DNA of 35,564 nt from an uncultured Gemmatimonadales bacterium (GTDB taxonomy: Bacteria; Gemmatimonadota; Gemmatimonadetes; Gemmatimonadales; GWC2-71-9). Positions 10,862-20,619 of this stretch are shown one piece after another. The position numbers and the translations under genes are program-made. How positions within the stretch are numbered: position 1 is the stretch's first letter; every line of letters starts with the position of its first letter. The DNA is taken from assembly GCA_963842945.1 (NCBI GenBank), contig CAWJIM010000022.1, positions 1-35,564 on the forward strand, written 5' to 3'. The notes under the pieces were generated by a model. That model ran no database searches, had not been told where the DNA came from, and saw only the letters and a list, made by a program, of their open reading frames with translations.

Positions 10862-12550
10862 ATGAGCATGCCCTTCCACCATCCCGTCTCGCAGACCGGC
10901 GCGGAGCCAATCTTGGCCGTGGCCGCCATGCATACCAGCACCGGGCGTGGGCCGAGGCGTACACCGCGCTTGCGGCCGCGGATAGAGAGACGCCGCTCTC
11001 ACGCGACGACCTCGAGCGGCTCGCGACGGCCGCCCACCTGATCGGCAAAGAGGCGCAGGCCGCGGACCTCCTGGCCCGTGCGCACCGCGAGTTTCTCGAG
11101 CACCAGGAGCTGGAACGGGCCGTGCGCTGCGCGTTTTGGCTGGGCTTTGGGTTGCTGGACAAGGGCGAGATGGCCCAGGCCTGTGGGTGGCTCGCGCGCG
11201 CCCGGCGGATTCTTGACGAGCAGGAGGGCGAGTGCCTGGAGCACGGGTATCTACTGTTGCCGGACGGACTGCGGTGCATCATGGAGGGCGACTGCGACGC
11301 CGCGGCCGTCGCCTTCGCCCGGGCCGTCGCGATCGGACGACGATTCGCCGACCGGGACCTGGTGGCGCTCGGCACTCATGGGCAGGGTCGCGCGCTGATC
11401 CGCTTGGGCCGATCGGTCGAAGGCGTAGCGCTGCTGGATGAAGCCATGGTCGCGGTGACGATGGGCGAGGTGTCCCCGATCGTGGCCGGCGATGTCTACT
11501 GCAGCGTGCTGTCGGGCTGCCAGGAGATCTTCGACTGGCGGCGGGCCCAGGAGTGGACCGCGGCCTTGACCCGGTGGTGCGCCGCGCAGCCCGAGCTGGT
11601 GCTCTACCGCGGTCAGTGTCTCTTGCACCACTCGGAGATCCTGCAGCTTCGGGGCGATTGGGTGGACGCGTTGGGTGAAGCCCAGCGTGCCTGCGAGCGG
11701 TTGTCCGACCCCGTGCACCAGCCCGGGCTTGGCGCCGCGTACTATCGGCTAGCCGAGCTGCACCGCGTGCGGGGCGAGCTGGCGGAGGCCGAGGAAGGAT
11801 TTCGCCAGGCCAGCCTGCAGGGGAAAAAGCCGCAGCCCGGTCTCGCGTTATTGCAGTTGGCGCGGGGCGAGGCGGGGACCGCTCTCGCCTCGATCCGACT
11901 AGCTCTGGACGCGGCCAAGGAGCGGCGGAACCGACCGCGACTGCTCGCAGCGCAGGTCGAGATCGCGCTCGCCGCGGGCGATCTCGACGTGGCGCGGGCC
12001 GCGGTGGAGGAGCTAAGCGGGATCGCCGGAGATCTCGGTGCGCACTATCTCAGCGCCGTGGCGGAGCAGGCGAACGGAGCGCTACGGCTGGCCGTGGGCG
12101 ACGCCCGAGAGGCGTTGACCGCCCTCAGGCAGGCTGAGACGATCTGGGAGAGCATGGGCGCGCCGTACGATACCGCTCACACCCGAACCTTAATCGCGCA
12201 AGCCTCGTGGGCGCTGGGCGACGAGCGCGGGGCAGAGCTGGAGCTGGAAGCTGCGGCCTAAACGTTCCGCCGACTCGGTGCCGCGCCGGATCTCGCCCGG
12301 GCGTGGACGGCTCCGCGCCCGCCAGCGACACAGGCGCCGGGGCGAGGGCTCAGCGCACGCGAGATCCAGATCCTTCGCCTGATCGCGGCAGGCAAGACCA
12401 ATCGCATGATCGCCGAGCAGCTTCGGATCAGCGAGAAGACCGTGGCGCGTCACGTGAGCAACATCTTCGTAAAGCTGGGCCTCTCGAGCCGCTCGGCGGC
12501 CACAGCTTACGCCTACCAGCACGCCCTGGTCCACCCGCCTACAGTAGAAA
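10862..12550 (+). pseudogene. LuxR-family HTH regulator with N-terminal TPR-like region, in-frame TAA at 12259-12261
   Basis: Same frame continues past TAA into [44 protein letters not shown]; start and end approximate; could be a sequencing error. Confidence 0.8.
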
Positions 12551-12646
12551 TACCCATCGCGCAGACGGCCGGCGGCTGCGCATTTCTCCCGAAGCGGGAA
12601 ACCCTCTGCCTCGTCAGGTTGAATCCACAATTCACCGGAGACAGCC

Positions 12647-13511
12647 ATGACGACTGCGACGGCCGGCACATGCGACAGCTTCTCGCGGGGATTCCCGCGA
12701 GGGAGCGGAGACTGGAGCTGGCCGGCATTGCGACTCCTGTGCTCGACGGCGGGACCGGGAGCCCCTATCGTGCTGCTGCATGGCCCTGGCGAGCACGCCA
12801 CGAAGTGGATAGAGGTGATTCCGAGGCTCGTGGAGAATCACCGCGTGATCGCGCCGGACCTTCCCGGGCACGGCGCATCGGTGGTGACCGGAGGACCGCT
12901 GTCTACGTCCGAGCGCGTGCTCCAGTGGCTCGAGGAGCTGATCGATCGGACCTGCTCGTCCCCGCCCGTGCTGGTGGGCCAAGTTGTGAGCGGCGCCATC
13001 GCCCTGCGGCACGTCATTCGCCGTGGCCAGTCCGTGAGCCGGCTCGGCGCCGGATACGCTCGGCTTGCGCGGCTTCCAGCCGGCGCCGGAGTTTGCCAGC
13101 GCGCTGCACGCGTTCCTCGCCGATCAGAACGACCGGACCTTCACTGCCCTCTGGCGCCGGTGCGCGTTCGATCTCGATGCCTTGCGTGAGCGAATGGGTG
13201 GGCTGTGGGCGGCGTTCGCGAGCTACACGCTCGAGCGGTCTCGCCCGCCCGCGGTGCAGGCCGCTCAGCAGGCGTTGCTGGAGCAGTTCGGGTTCGCGCC
13301 GATTCCGCCGGACGAGCTGGCCCGCATCGCGGTGCCGACGTCGCTCATCTGGGGCCGGCACGATCTCGCGACCAGCGTGGCGGTGGCCGAGGCGGCGAGC
13401 GCGCGGTACGGGTGGCCGCTGCAGGTGATCGAGGAGGCGGGGGATGATCCGGCGTTCGAGCAACCTGAGCGGTTCGTGGAGGCGGTCCTGCGCGGCGGGC
13501 GGGCTGCTTGA
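12647..13511 (+). pseudogene. Alpha/beta hydrolase-fold protein, at least 3 frameshifts
   Basis: [30 protein letters not shown] and EQPERF pieces spread over three frames. Confidence 0.8.
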
Positions 13512-13543
13512 CGGGGCTGATCTCGTGCGCGGAGGAGAGTACG

Positions 13544-14890
13544 ATGCTAAACGACGCAGCCATCGCAAGATTCCAGGCAAATCTGCAGGGAGAACTCATT
13601 CAACCAAGTGACCCCCGCTACGAGGAGGCCCGCAAGGTCTTCAACGGAATGATCGACAAGCGACCTGCCTAATCGTGCGGTGTGCGGCCGTTGCGGACGT
13701 GATCGCGGCCGTCGAGACTTGCTCGTGAGACCAACAGTGGTGGCCGTTCGCGGCGGCGGCCACGGCGTTGCGGGCAACGCCCTATGCGATGACGGCCTTG
13801 TGATCGATCTATCTGCGATGAAGCGCGTTCGCGTCGATCCGGGCAATCGGACAGCCCGTGCCGAAGGCGGAACCACATGGGGCGACTTCGATCACGAAAC
13901 TCAAGCGTTTGGCCTCGCCACCACCGGGGGGATCGTCCCATCCACCGGAATCGCGGGCCTTACCCTGGGCGGCGGCATCGGTTACCTCAATCGAAAACAT
14001 GGCCTCGCCTGCGACAACCTGCTGAGCTGCCGAGGTAGTGACCGCAGACGGACGATTGCTGAGGGCGAGCACCGAGGAAAACGCGGACCTGTTCTGGGCT
14101 CTCCGAGGCGGGGGCGGAAACTTCGGGTGGTAACGTCTTTGGAGTATCAGACTCACCCTGTGGGGCCGGTGCTCGCGGGTGAAGTGATCTATCCACTGGA
14201 CCAGGCAAAGGAGGTGCTGCGCTTCTACCGAGATTGGTCTGCCGCAGCCCCGGACGAGGTCAGGGCGGATGCGACGCTGCTCTCGGGACCGGAGGGCCCG
14301 GCGCTGGACGTCATTCTCTGCTATTGCGGGGCGATAGAAGAGGGCGAGAAGGTGCTGCGGCCCATGCGGTCGTGCGGCTCCCCACTCGCGGATTCCGTTG
14401 CGCCCGCCCGTACGCGAGAGTCCAGAACCTGCTCACGGAGATATTCCAGCCGGGCCGGCTACACTATTGGAAAGCCGGCTTCGTCCAAGCATTGAGCGAT
14501 GAAGCGATCGAGGCGCTCGTGGACTTCTTTGCGGCCGATACGCCCGGATTCTTCGCTGCGGTCGCGATCGAGCATTTGGGCGGGGCCGTTAGCCGCGTCG
14601 GTCCCCAAGACACCGCCTTCGGGCATAGGGACGCGCAGCATAGCCTTCTGGTGCTGCGGATGTGGCAGGATCCTGCGGAGTCGGAAAAGAACATCGATTG
14701 GGCTCGCCGATGTTACAGAACTGCGGAGCCTTTCCTCAAACCTGGTGTGTACGTCAACTATCTAGGCGACGAGGGCGAGGCCAGGGTCAGGGCCGCCTAT
14801 GGCGTCAATTACGAGCGACTCAGAGCGATCAAGAGCAAGTACGATCCGACGAATTTCTTTCGGCTGAACCAGAATGTCAAAACGGGTTGA
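13544..14890 (+). pseudogene. FAD-binding oxidoreductase (VAO/berberine-bridge type), about 5 frameshifts
   Basis: RBS GGAGGAG; RGGGHGVAG flavinylation motif, [27 protein letters not shown]...KYDPTNFFRLNQN. Confidence 0.88.
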
Positions 14891-15061
14891 AAGGAGGAAG
14901 CGGCCCGATCCACCGAGGCCAGTGTTCCGCAAGAATAGCCCAATAAGGAGCCAGAGACGACGCGGTGAACCGCGCGCCCCAGCTCCACAATAGCGGTTAG
15001 ACTCTAGTACCGTGCAGTCTTGATGACTCGAACCGAGTCATCGGCCGATGGCGAGAGAAGC

Positions 15062-15195
15062 ATCGTTTTCTCGAGAGTCTGCGGCCGACCCGGCGCTTCC
15101 AGGAGCTGATGGCCTCGGCCCAGCAGCGGTACGCCCGGTTCACCGACGAAGGCGTCCCTGCTCCAACCGTCCCCCTCGGCGCGCGATCAACCTGA
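15062..15195 (+). repeat. 93-bp direct repeat, copy 2 (15062-15154), plus an alternative kinase tail with its own stop
   Basis: RFLESLRPTRRFQELMASAQQRYARFTDEGVPAPTVPLGARST* in the kinase frame, with no upstream kinase body. Confidence 0.93.
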
Positions 15196-15230
15196 TCGAG
15201 CAGGCGGTACATCCTTTAAAGGAGACGACG

Positions 15231-16640
15231 ATGAGGATCGAGATGAGCATGTCGATATCGGGATTGCTCGTCACGCTCATCCTGGCGTGCCACTCGGGTA
15301 CAGCCCCAGAACCCCCCTCGCCGGGCTCAACTCCCCTCTCGCTTCAGCACGCCACTCTCATAAGTCCCGGTGCGACACCGATTCCGAATGCCAATGTCAC
15401 GGTGGAGCAGGGGCGCATCGTCTGCGCCGGCACTGCTACTTCCTGTCCTCGTCCAAGCGGCTCCAGAATCGTCGACCTCACCGGCACCTATCTCGGCCCC
15501 GGGCTGATCGATGCCCATGTGCACTACTCTCAGACCGGCTGGGTGGATGGCCGACCTGATGGCTTCGATGTCGGGGCGGAGTACCCCTATGACTCCGTCA
15601 GCCGGGCGCTCGAGGCACACCCCGAGCTGTTCCACCGCGCCGACCTCTGCAGCGGAGTCACCTCTGTCTTCGATGTTGGCGGATACCCCTGGACCTATCA
15701 CCTCGCCCGAAGCACCCATAACGCGGGCGACGCTCCCCGGGTGGTTGCGGCCGGCCCGTTGCTCGCCACGATCAAAGTCGATTCCCAGATGATGGGACAA
15801 TTCGACTTCATGCAAGATGAGCCGACCGTGCGAGCGGCGGTGCGTGCTCACCATGCAGCCGGCGCGGAAGCGATCAAAGTGTGGTATATCGACGTGCCCG
15901 ACAGCCTGCATGCATGGGCAAAGGCGATGCTGTTCGCGACGGCGGATGAGGCCCGCAAGGCAGGCCTGCCGCTCATCGTCCACGCCACCGAGCTCCCCAA
16001 TGCCAAGGAGGCGGTCCTGGCCGGAGCGAAGGTGCTGGTGCACGACGTGGAGACGGGCACGGTAGACGCCGAGTTCCTGCAGGCGGTCAAGCGAACCGGG
16101 ACCATCGTCATTCCCACCCTCACCGTGCTCGAGGGCTACGCGGACGTGGCGATGGGACGATCGCCCGGGCTCCGCTATCCACTCGACTGTGTGGACCCGG
16201 CAACGCGCCGCAAGCTGGAGACCGTGCTGCCCGACAGTCTCACCCGGCCTGGACGAGAGTTCTGGAACGGACCCGTCGCGCGGAGTCTCATGACTACCTC
16301 CATGGATAACCTCGGGCGCATGTATCGGGCCGGCGTCCCCATCGCCATGGGAACCGACGCCGGCAATCCCGGTACCGCACACGGTCCCAGCGTGTATCGT
16401 GAGATGGAGCTGATGCAGCGGGCCGGCATGCCCGCGGCTGCCGTGTTCGCGTCGGCCACCATCGTTGCGGCCAGGGCGATGGGACTGGAGGGCGAGGCGG
16501 GTTCGGTCGAGAGAGGCAAGCGGGCCGATCTCGCTGTCTTCGATGCTGATCCGACTCGAGATATCACGAACGCTCGCCGGGTCCGGTTCGTGGTCCGCAA
16601 CGGCGTCCTATACTCTCGGGAGGAACTTCTGCCGAAGTAG
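15231..16640 (+). CDS. Amidohydrolase-family lipoprotein
   Basis: RBS AAGGAG; lipobox-like LILAC; PGLIDAHVH, IVHA, VHD, MGTDAG, GKRADL. Confidence 0.92.
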   Translation: MRIEMSMSISGLLVTLILACHSGTAPEPPSPGSTPLSLQHATLISPGATPIPNANVTVEQGRIVCAGTATSCPRPSGSRIVDLTGTYLGPGLIDAHVHYSQTGWVDGRPDGFDVGAEYPYDSVSRALEAHPELFHRADLCSGVTSVFDVGGYPWTYHLARSTHNAGDAPRVVAAGPLLATIKVDSQMMGQFDFMQDEPTVRAAVRAHHAAGAEAIKVWYIDVPDSLHAWAKAMLFATADEARKAGLPLIVHATELPNAKEAVLAGAKVLVHDVETGTVDAEFLQAVKRTGTIVIPTLTVLEGYADVAMGRSPGLRYPLDCVDPATRRKLETVLPDSLTRPGREFWNGPVARSLMTTSMDNLGRMYRAGVPIAMGTDAGNPGTAHGPSVYREMELMQRAGMPAAAVFASATIVAARAMGLEGEAGSVERGKRADLAVFDADPTRDITNARRVRFVVRNGVLYSREELLPK

Positions 16641-16644
16641 CGTG
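16621..16644 (+). repeat. 24-bp direct repeat, copy 1 (amidohydrolase end and stop)
   Basis: AGGAACTTCTGCCGAAGTAGCGTG versus 18828-18851, 23/24 identical. Confidence 0.85.
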
Positions 16645-16671
16645 GGTTCCTCCGGCCTCGTCCGAATGTTC

Positions 16672-17255
16672 TCATTTCTGCGCGTGCGCGACTCTCTGCT
16701 CGATTCGCCGATCCGGGATCAGCCACATGAGCGCGCCCGCCCCATACACCGCTCCGGCCATCCACGGACGCAGAAAGGCGAGCGCAATCCCCAGGGCATA
16801 GAGCAGCAGAGAAACTTTGCCCTTCTGATCCTTGCCCACCGCCTTCGCCAGTATCGAGTGCGGCCCCTCTTGAACGAGGATGGCCCGTTGGAGCAGCAAA
16901 TACGCGCAGGCGGCGAGCAGCAGAATCACTCCATACAATGCCGTCGGGAGGGCAGCAAATCGATTTTCGCCCATCCAGCCGCTGGCGAAGGGGATCAACG
17001 ACAGCCAGAACAGCAGGTGCAGGTTGGCCCAGAGGATGCCGCCGCTCACTTCGTGGGCGACACTAGCAGGTGATGGTGACCGTTCCAGTAGATGCCGAGA
17101 TAGACGAAGCTCAGCACGTAGCTCAGGAAGGCCGGAAGCAAGGTGCTCAGAGCCGCGAGGTCGACCCCATGGGAAACCTTCAGCTCCAGCACCATGATGG
17201 TCATGATGATCGCGAATACCGCATCGCTGAATGTTTCCATCCGGGCCTTGCTCAT
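16672..17255 (-). CDS. TMEM175-family potassium channel protein, one frameshift near 17060
   Basis: RMETFSDAVFAIIMTIMVLEL, SYVLSF...YWNGHH, LWANLHLLFWLSLIPF. Confidence 0.9.
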
Positions 17256-17277
17256 CACGCTACCCGGGCGACTGTTG

Positions 17278-17697
17278 TCATTGAGCCGGCACCAGCACCG
17301 GAGCGCCTTTGTCCTTCACCAGCAGGACCACAAAGCTCGCCGGCTTGGTAGTGCTGGCGTTCCGGCCGACGACGTGGATGTCGTCCGGCCCCTCGTAGAA
17401 CGTCTGCCCCGCTGTGAGCGTCACCGGCTTTCCTCCCTTCAGCTGCATCACGATCGACCCCTCCAGCACATAGACGAAGGCGTCCGCATTGTGCCTGTGG
17501 GCGGCATCTTTGCTGCCGGGCGGGTACTCGACTTTGAGCATCAGAGCCTCCTTCCCCGGCAGGTCCGGCAGCTCCTTCGTCATCAACGGCGTGACCACGG
17601 CCTCCTGGGCGATCAGCCGGCCGCCCAGGCCACACAGCAGGACGGCCACCATCCCTGCCAGGCGGAACCGGCCCGACTTCGTGCTGTCATCCTTCAT
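17278..17697 (-). CDS. Exported cupin-domain protein
   Basis: Signal peptide; HRHNADAFVYVLEG and FYEGPDDIH. Confidence 0.9.
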   Translation of the reverse strand: MKDDSTKSGRFRLAGMVAVLLCGLGGRLIAQEAVVTPLMTKELPDLPGKEALMLKVEYPPGSKDAAHRHNADAFVYVLEGSIVMQLKGGKPVTLTAGQTFYEGPDDIHVVGRNASTTKPASFVVLLVKDKGAPVLVPAQ

Positions 17698-17727
17698 GGG
17701 ACGAGCCCCTTCCTTTGAGGATTGTTG

Positions 17728-18492
17728 TCAGGCGTGCACCGTTTGGGGCACCGAAGTGGCGAGCCAGTTCTCGAACGTGATCTCACCCAGCCTGGCGTCG
17801 TCGTCCGGCACCAGCATCCGCTCGGACAGCTCCGCGCCGAAGTAGCGGGCGTGCGGGTCGGCGACTACTTCACGGGTGTCGTGGCGGGCACTGAGTCCCA
17901 GTCTGATGAACTCGTCGAAGCGAAACTGCTTCGGCCCCCCGATTTCGACGACGCCGTTGAGCGGCGCTCCCACCGCGACCCTGCATACCGCACGCGCGAC
18001 ATCCTCAGCCGCTATCGGCTGGAACAGCACGGGAGGGATGCGCACCCTGTTCCCGTCGGTCGCCTCGTCCGCGATGCGCTTGACGAACTCGAAGAACTGC
18101 GTCGACCGGATGATCGAGTACGGGATCGGTGAGTTTCTGATCAGCTTCTCCTGGGCGACCTTGGCGCGGAGATAGCCGCTCTCCGGCACTCGGTCCGAGC
18201 CCACCACCGACAACGCGACGTGATGTCCCACACCCGCCGCGGCTTCGGCGGCAAGGAGATTGCCGGTCGAGGTCTCGAAGAACTTGAGCACCGCCGCGTC
18301 TTCGAACGACGGCGAGTCGACACGTCGACGACGACGGCCGCACCGCTGAGGACGTCGGCCAGTCCCTCGCCCGTGAGCGTGTTGACGCCGGTATCCGGCG
18401 ACGCCGGCACCGCCTCGTGGCCCTGCTCGCCGAAGGCGGGCGACGAGCTTCGATCCGATGAGCCCGCTTCCGCCGATGATCACGACCTTCAT
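17728..18492 (-). CDS. NAD(P)-binding SDR/NmrA-like oxidoreductase, two compensating frameshifts
   Basis: IIGGSGLIG, GVNTLTGEGLADVL (other frame), YLRAK, RSTQFFEF. Confidence 0.88.
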   Translation of the reverse strand: MKVVIIGGSGLIGSKLVARLRRAGPRGGAGVAGYRRQHAHGRGTGRRPQRCGRRRRRVDSPSFEDAAVLKFFETSTGNLLAAEAAAGVGHHVALSVVGSDRVPESGYLRAKVAQEKLIRNSPIPYSIIRSTQFFEFVKRIADEATDGNRVRIPPVLFQPIAAEDVARAVCRVAVGAPLNGVVEIGGPKQFRFDEFIRLGLSARHDTREVVADPHARYFGAELSERMLVPDDDARLGEITFENWLATSVPQTVHA

Positions 18493-18569
18493 GGTAAGTC
18501 CCTTTCAGCGAGTGGTTGAGCCTGCGGCCATCATGCGGTCGCCGGGCCGGGGTAGTAGATCTCTTCGAT

Positions 18570-18827
18570 TTACTCCTCGAACGGAGCGTTCATCAGGAAA
18601 TCCACGGTCGACGGCCGCTGGTACCCCGGCACGAAACGCTGCCCGAAGTCTCCCGCGAAATTGTCGTAGGTGGTCTCCGGCTTGGATGCTCTTCATCTCG
18701 TTCGGCGGGATCCGATCGAACTGGAATCCGAATTCGACGCCGATCCCAGCAGTGCAGAGCGCCACTTCAACCTCCTTATTCAGGCCGATCGAAGGTGTTG
18801 AGTTCAAGGCGACACGGTCCCAGATCA
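18570..18827 (-). pseudogene. C-terminal remnant of a probable HD-domain protein
   Basis: LIWDRVALNSTPSIGLNKEVEVALCTAGIG then, in another frame, KPETTYDNFAGDFGQRFVPGYQRPSTVDFLMNAPFEE*; family recalled from memory; no start or HD motif. Confidence 0.65.
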
Positions 18828-18851
18828 AGGAACTTCTGCCCAAGTAGCGTG
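18828..18851 (+). repeat. 24-bp direct repeat, copy 2
   Basis: AGGAACTTCTGCCCAAGTAGCGTG, encodes the same ELLPK*. Confidence 0.85.
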
Positions 18852-18874
18852 TGCCTGGTAGGGCGCCTGCGTTC

Positions 18875-19297
18875 TCACCCCGCCGGCTCGAAGAGCTCGA
18901 TGGGGTTCCCATCGGGATCGAGCACCTGGATCTGTTTGCCTCCCGGCCCCACCTCCAGGTCGTTGCGAAACTCGAGTCCAGCGCGCCCTAACACGGCAAC
19001 CAGGGCCGGCAGGTCGCGCACCCTGAGCGTGATCCGGTTGGAGCCGCCGGGCTCCTGGCGCTGCCCTCTCACCAGGCGGGAACCCGATGCGGCGGGACCA
19101 CTGAGGTGGAGCTTCAAGGGCCCCAGCGCCACGGTGGCAAAGGCCGGCAGCTGTTGATACTCGAGGGTGAAGCCCAAATGCGTCGTGTAGAAGGTGACGG
19201 CCCGCTGTACGTCGGTGACGAGGTATCGCACCCCGTGAAAGCTGAAGGTCGCTGTGGTCGTCGCCGGCATCGGGGAACTTGGTTGCGCGGAGGTCAT
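18875..19297 (-). CDS. VOC/glyoxalase-family protein
   Basis: VRYLVTDVQRAVTFYTTHLGF...DPDGNPIELFEP. Confidence 0.92.
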   Translation of the reverse strand: MTSAQPSSPMPATTTATFSFHGVRYLVTDVQRAVTFYTTHLGFTLEYQQLPAFATVALGPLKLHLSGPAASGSRLVRGQRQEPGGSNRITLRVRDLPALVAVLGRAGLEFRNDLEVGPGGKQIQVLDPDGNPIELFEPAG

Positions 19298-19449
19298 CGG
19301 GCACGCTCCTGTGAATAGTTCAATGCAGAAAGTACCGCCGGTGCCGCAACCAGGTAACGGCTGAAACCTGCGTGCGATCGGCTCCGTTACTCCTGAATGA
19401 CACCCACCCCTTTCAGTTTCACGGTCCGCGCCCAGCCCGACTAGCCACC

Positions 19450-19770
19450 ATGAGACTACTCGACTTCGCCACCGTCCAACCCCGTGAGGTCGCGCCCGGC
19501 TATCTCGGCCGCTACCTCCACTCGGACCAGATCACCCAGGGTCGGGTGGACATCGCTCCCGGCGCCGTCATCCCCGACCACTCCCACCCGCACGAGCAGT
19601 GGACCCTGCTCTTGAGCGGCTCCTTCGAGCTCACCGTCTCCGGCACCGCCCACGTCCTCCAACCGGGCCAGGTTTTGTATATCGCGCCCCACGAGCGCCA
19701 TTCTGCCCGCGCCCTCACCGCCTGCGTGGTCCTCGACGTGTTCCATCCGCCTCGCGACGATTACCGCTAG
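19450..19770 (+). CDS. Cupin-domain protein
   Basis: PDHSHPHEQ, PHERHSA, DVFHPPRDDY. Confidence 0.9.
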   Translation: MRLLDFATVQPREVAPGYLGRYLHSDQITQGRVDIAPGAVIPDHSHPHEQWTLLLSGSFELTVSGTAHVLQPGQVLYIAPHERHSARALTACVVLDVFHPPRDDYR

Positions 19771-19883
19771 ACTACCTGCTCAACCGGGCAAGTCGATTCG
19801 GGGCCTTCCCGTTCGTCGCTCTAGTGAAGCCAGGGATGGGACACTCCCAAGAACGGCCGTCGGCTCGCGACGAATCCATAGGC

Positions 19884-19918
19884 GACTGGGGACTGGAGAC
19901 TGGGAACTGGCGACTAAC
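19884..19918. repeat. Degenerate heptamer array (GACTGGN)x4-5
   Basis: GACTGGG GACTGGA GACTGGG AACTGGC GACTAAC just before RBS AAGGAG. Confidence 0.75.
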
Positions 19919-19932
19919 AACAAGGAGTCCGT

Positions 19933-20518
19933 ATGCGCCAACTGATCGTTCACGAGTTCATCAGCCTCGATGGCGTAGTCCAGGCCCCCGGAGGCAAGGA
20001 TGAGGATCGCGACGGAGGATTTGCCCACGGCGGCTGGACCATCCCCTATTGGCACGACGACATCGGCGTCGCCTTCTTCCAGGCGATGCAGAACGTGGAT
20101 GCCTTCCTCCTCGGCCGGCGCACCTATGTGACCCACGCCGAAGCCTTCGAGCCGATGAAGCCGGGCGATCCCTTCGGCGACCTGATGAACGCGCCCAAGA
20201 AGTACGTGGTGTCCCGCACGCTGAAGACGCCGATCTGGCGCGACACCACCATCATTCGTGATAACCCGATCGACGCGGTTCGTTCGCTCAAAGCCCAACC
20301 GGGCAAAGACATCATGATTGACGGCAGCACCAAGCTCGTGCCGGTGCTGCTGGAGCACGATCTCATCGACCAGCTCTACCTGACGCTCTATCCCCTCACC
20401 CTCGGCGGTGGGAAGCGGATTCTGCCCCCGGGACTCGCACCGGAAGTTCCGCCTGCTCTCCGCCAAGCCATACCCCACCGGCGTCATCGGACTGCACTAC
20501 GCCCGTGAGGAGAGCTGA
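19933..20518 (+). CDS. Dihydrofolate reductase / RibD C-terminal family protein, frameshift near 20435
   Basis: FISLDGVVQAPGG, LLGRRTY, KYVVSRTL, GKDIMIDGS; reconstructed end TGVIGLHYAREES*. Confidence 0.9.
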
Positions 20519-20619
20519 CGCTGCGGGGATCCTGCCGGCGTGCGACCACTGCGCCCACTCGGGCATCGTACCCGCAGCTATCCCACCCTGACCCATATGA
20601 ATGAAAGGAATTCCGACCC

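Noticed and set aside
12259..12261. Stop-codon recoding in the LuxR gene
   Set aside because: A single TAA, while TAA terminates other genes here; substitution or error is more likely
393..15154. Diversity-generating retroelement (Avd-like gene plus a TR/VR-like repeat at a gene 3' end)
   Set aside because: No reverse transcriptase in the window; the three repeat differences are not adenine-specific on either strand and sit at third codon positions
15048..15230. N-terminal extension of the amidohydrolase in the ORF track
   Set aside because: It is the out-of-frame kinase-tail duplicate; RBS and signal peptide indicate a start at 15231
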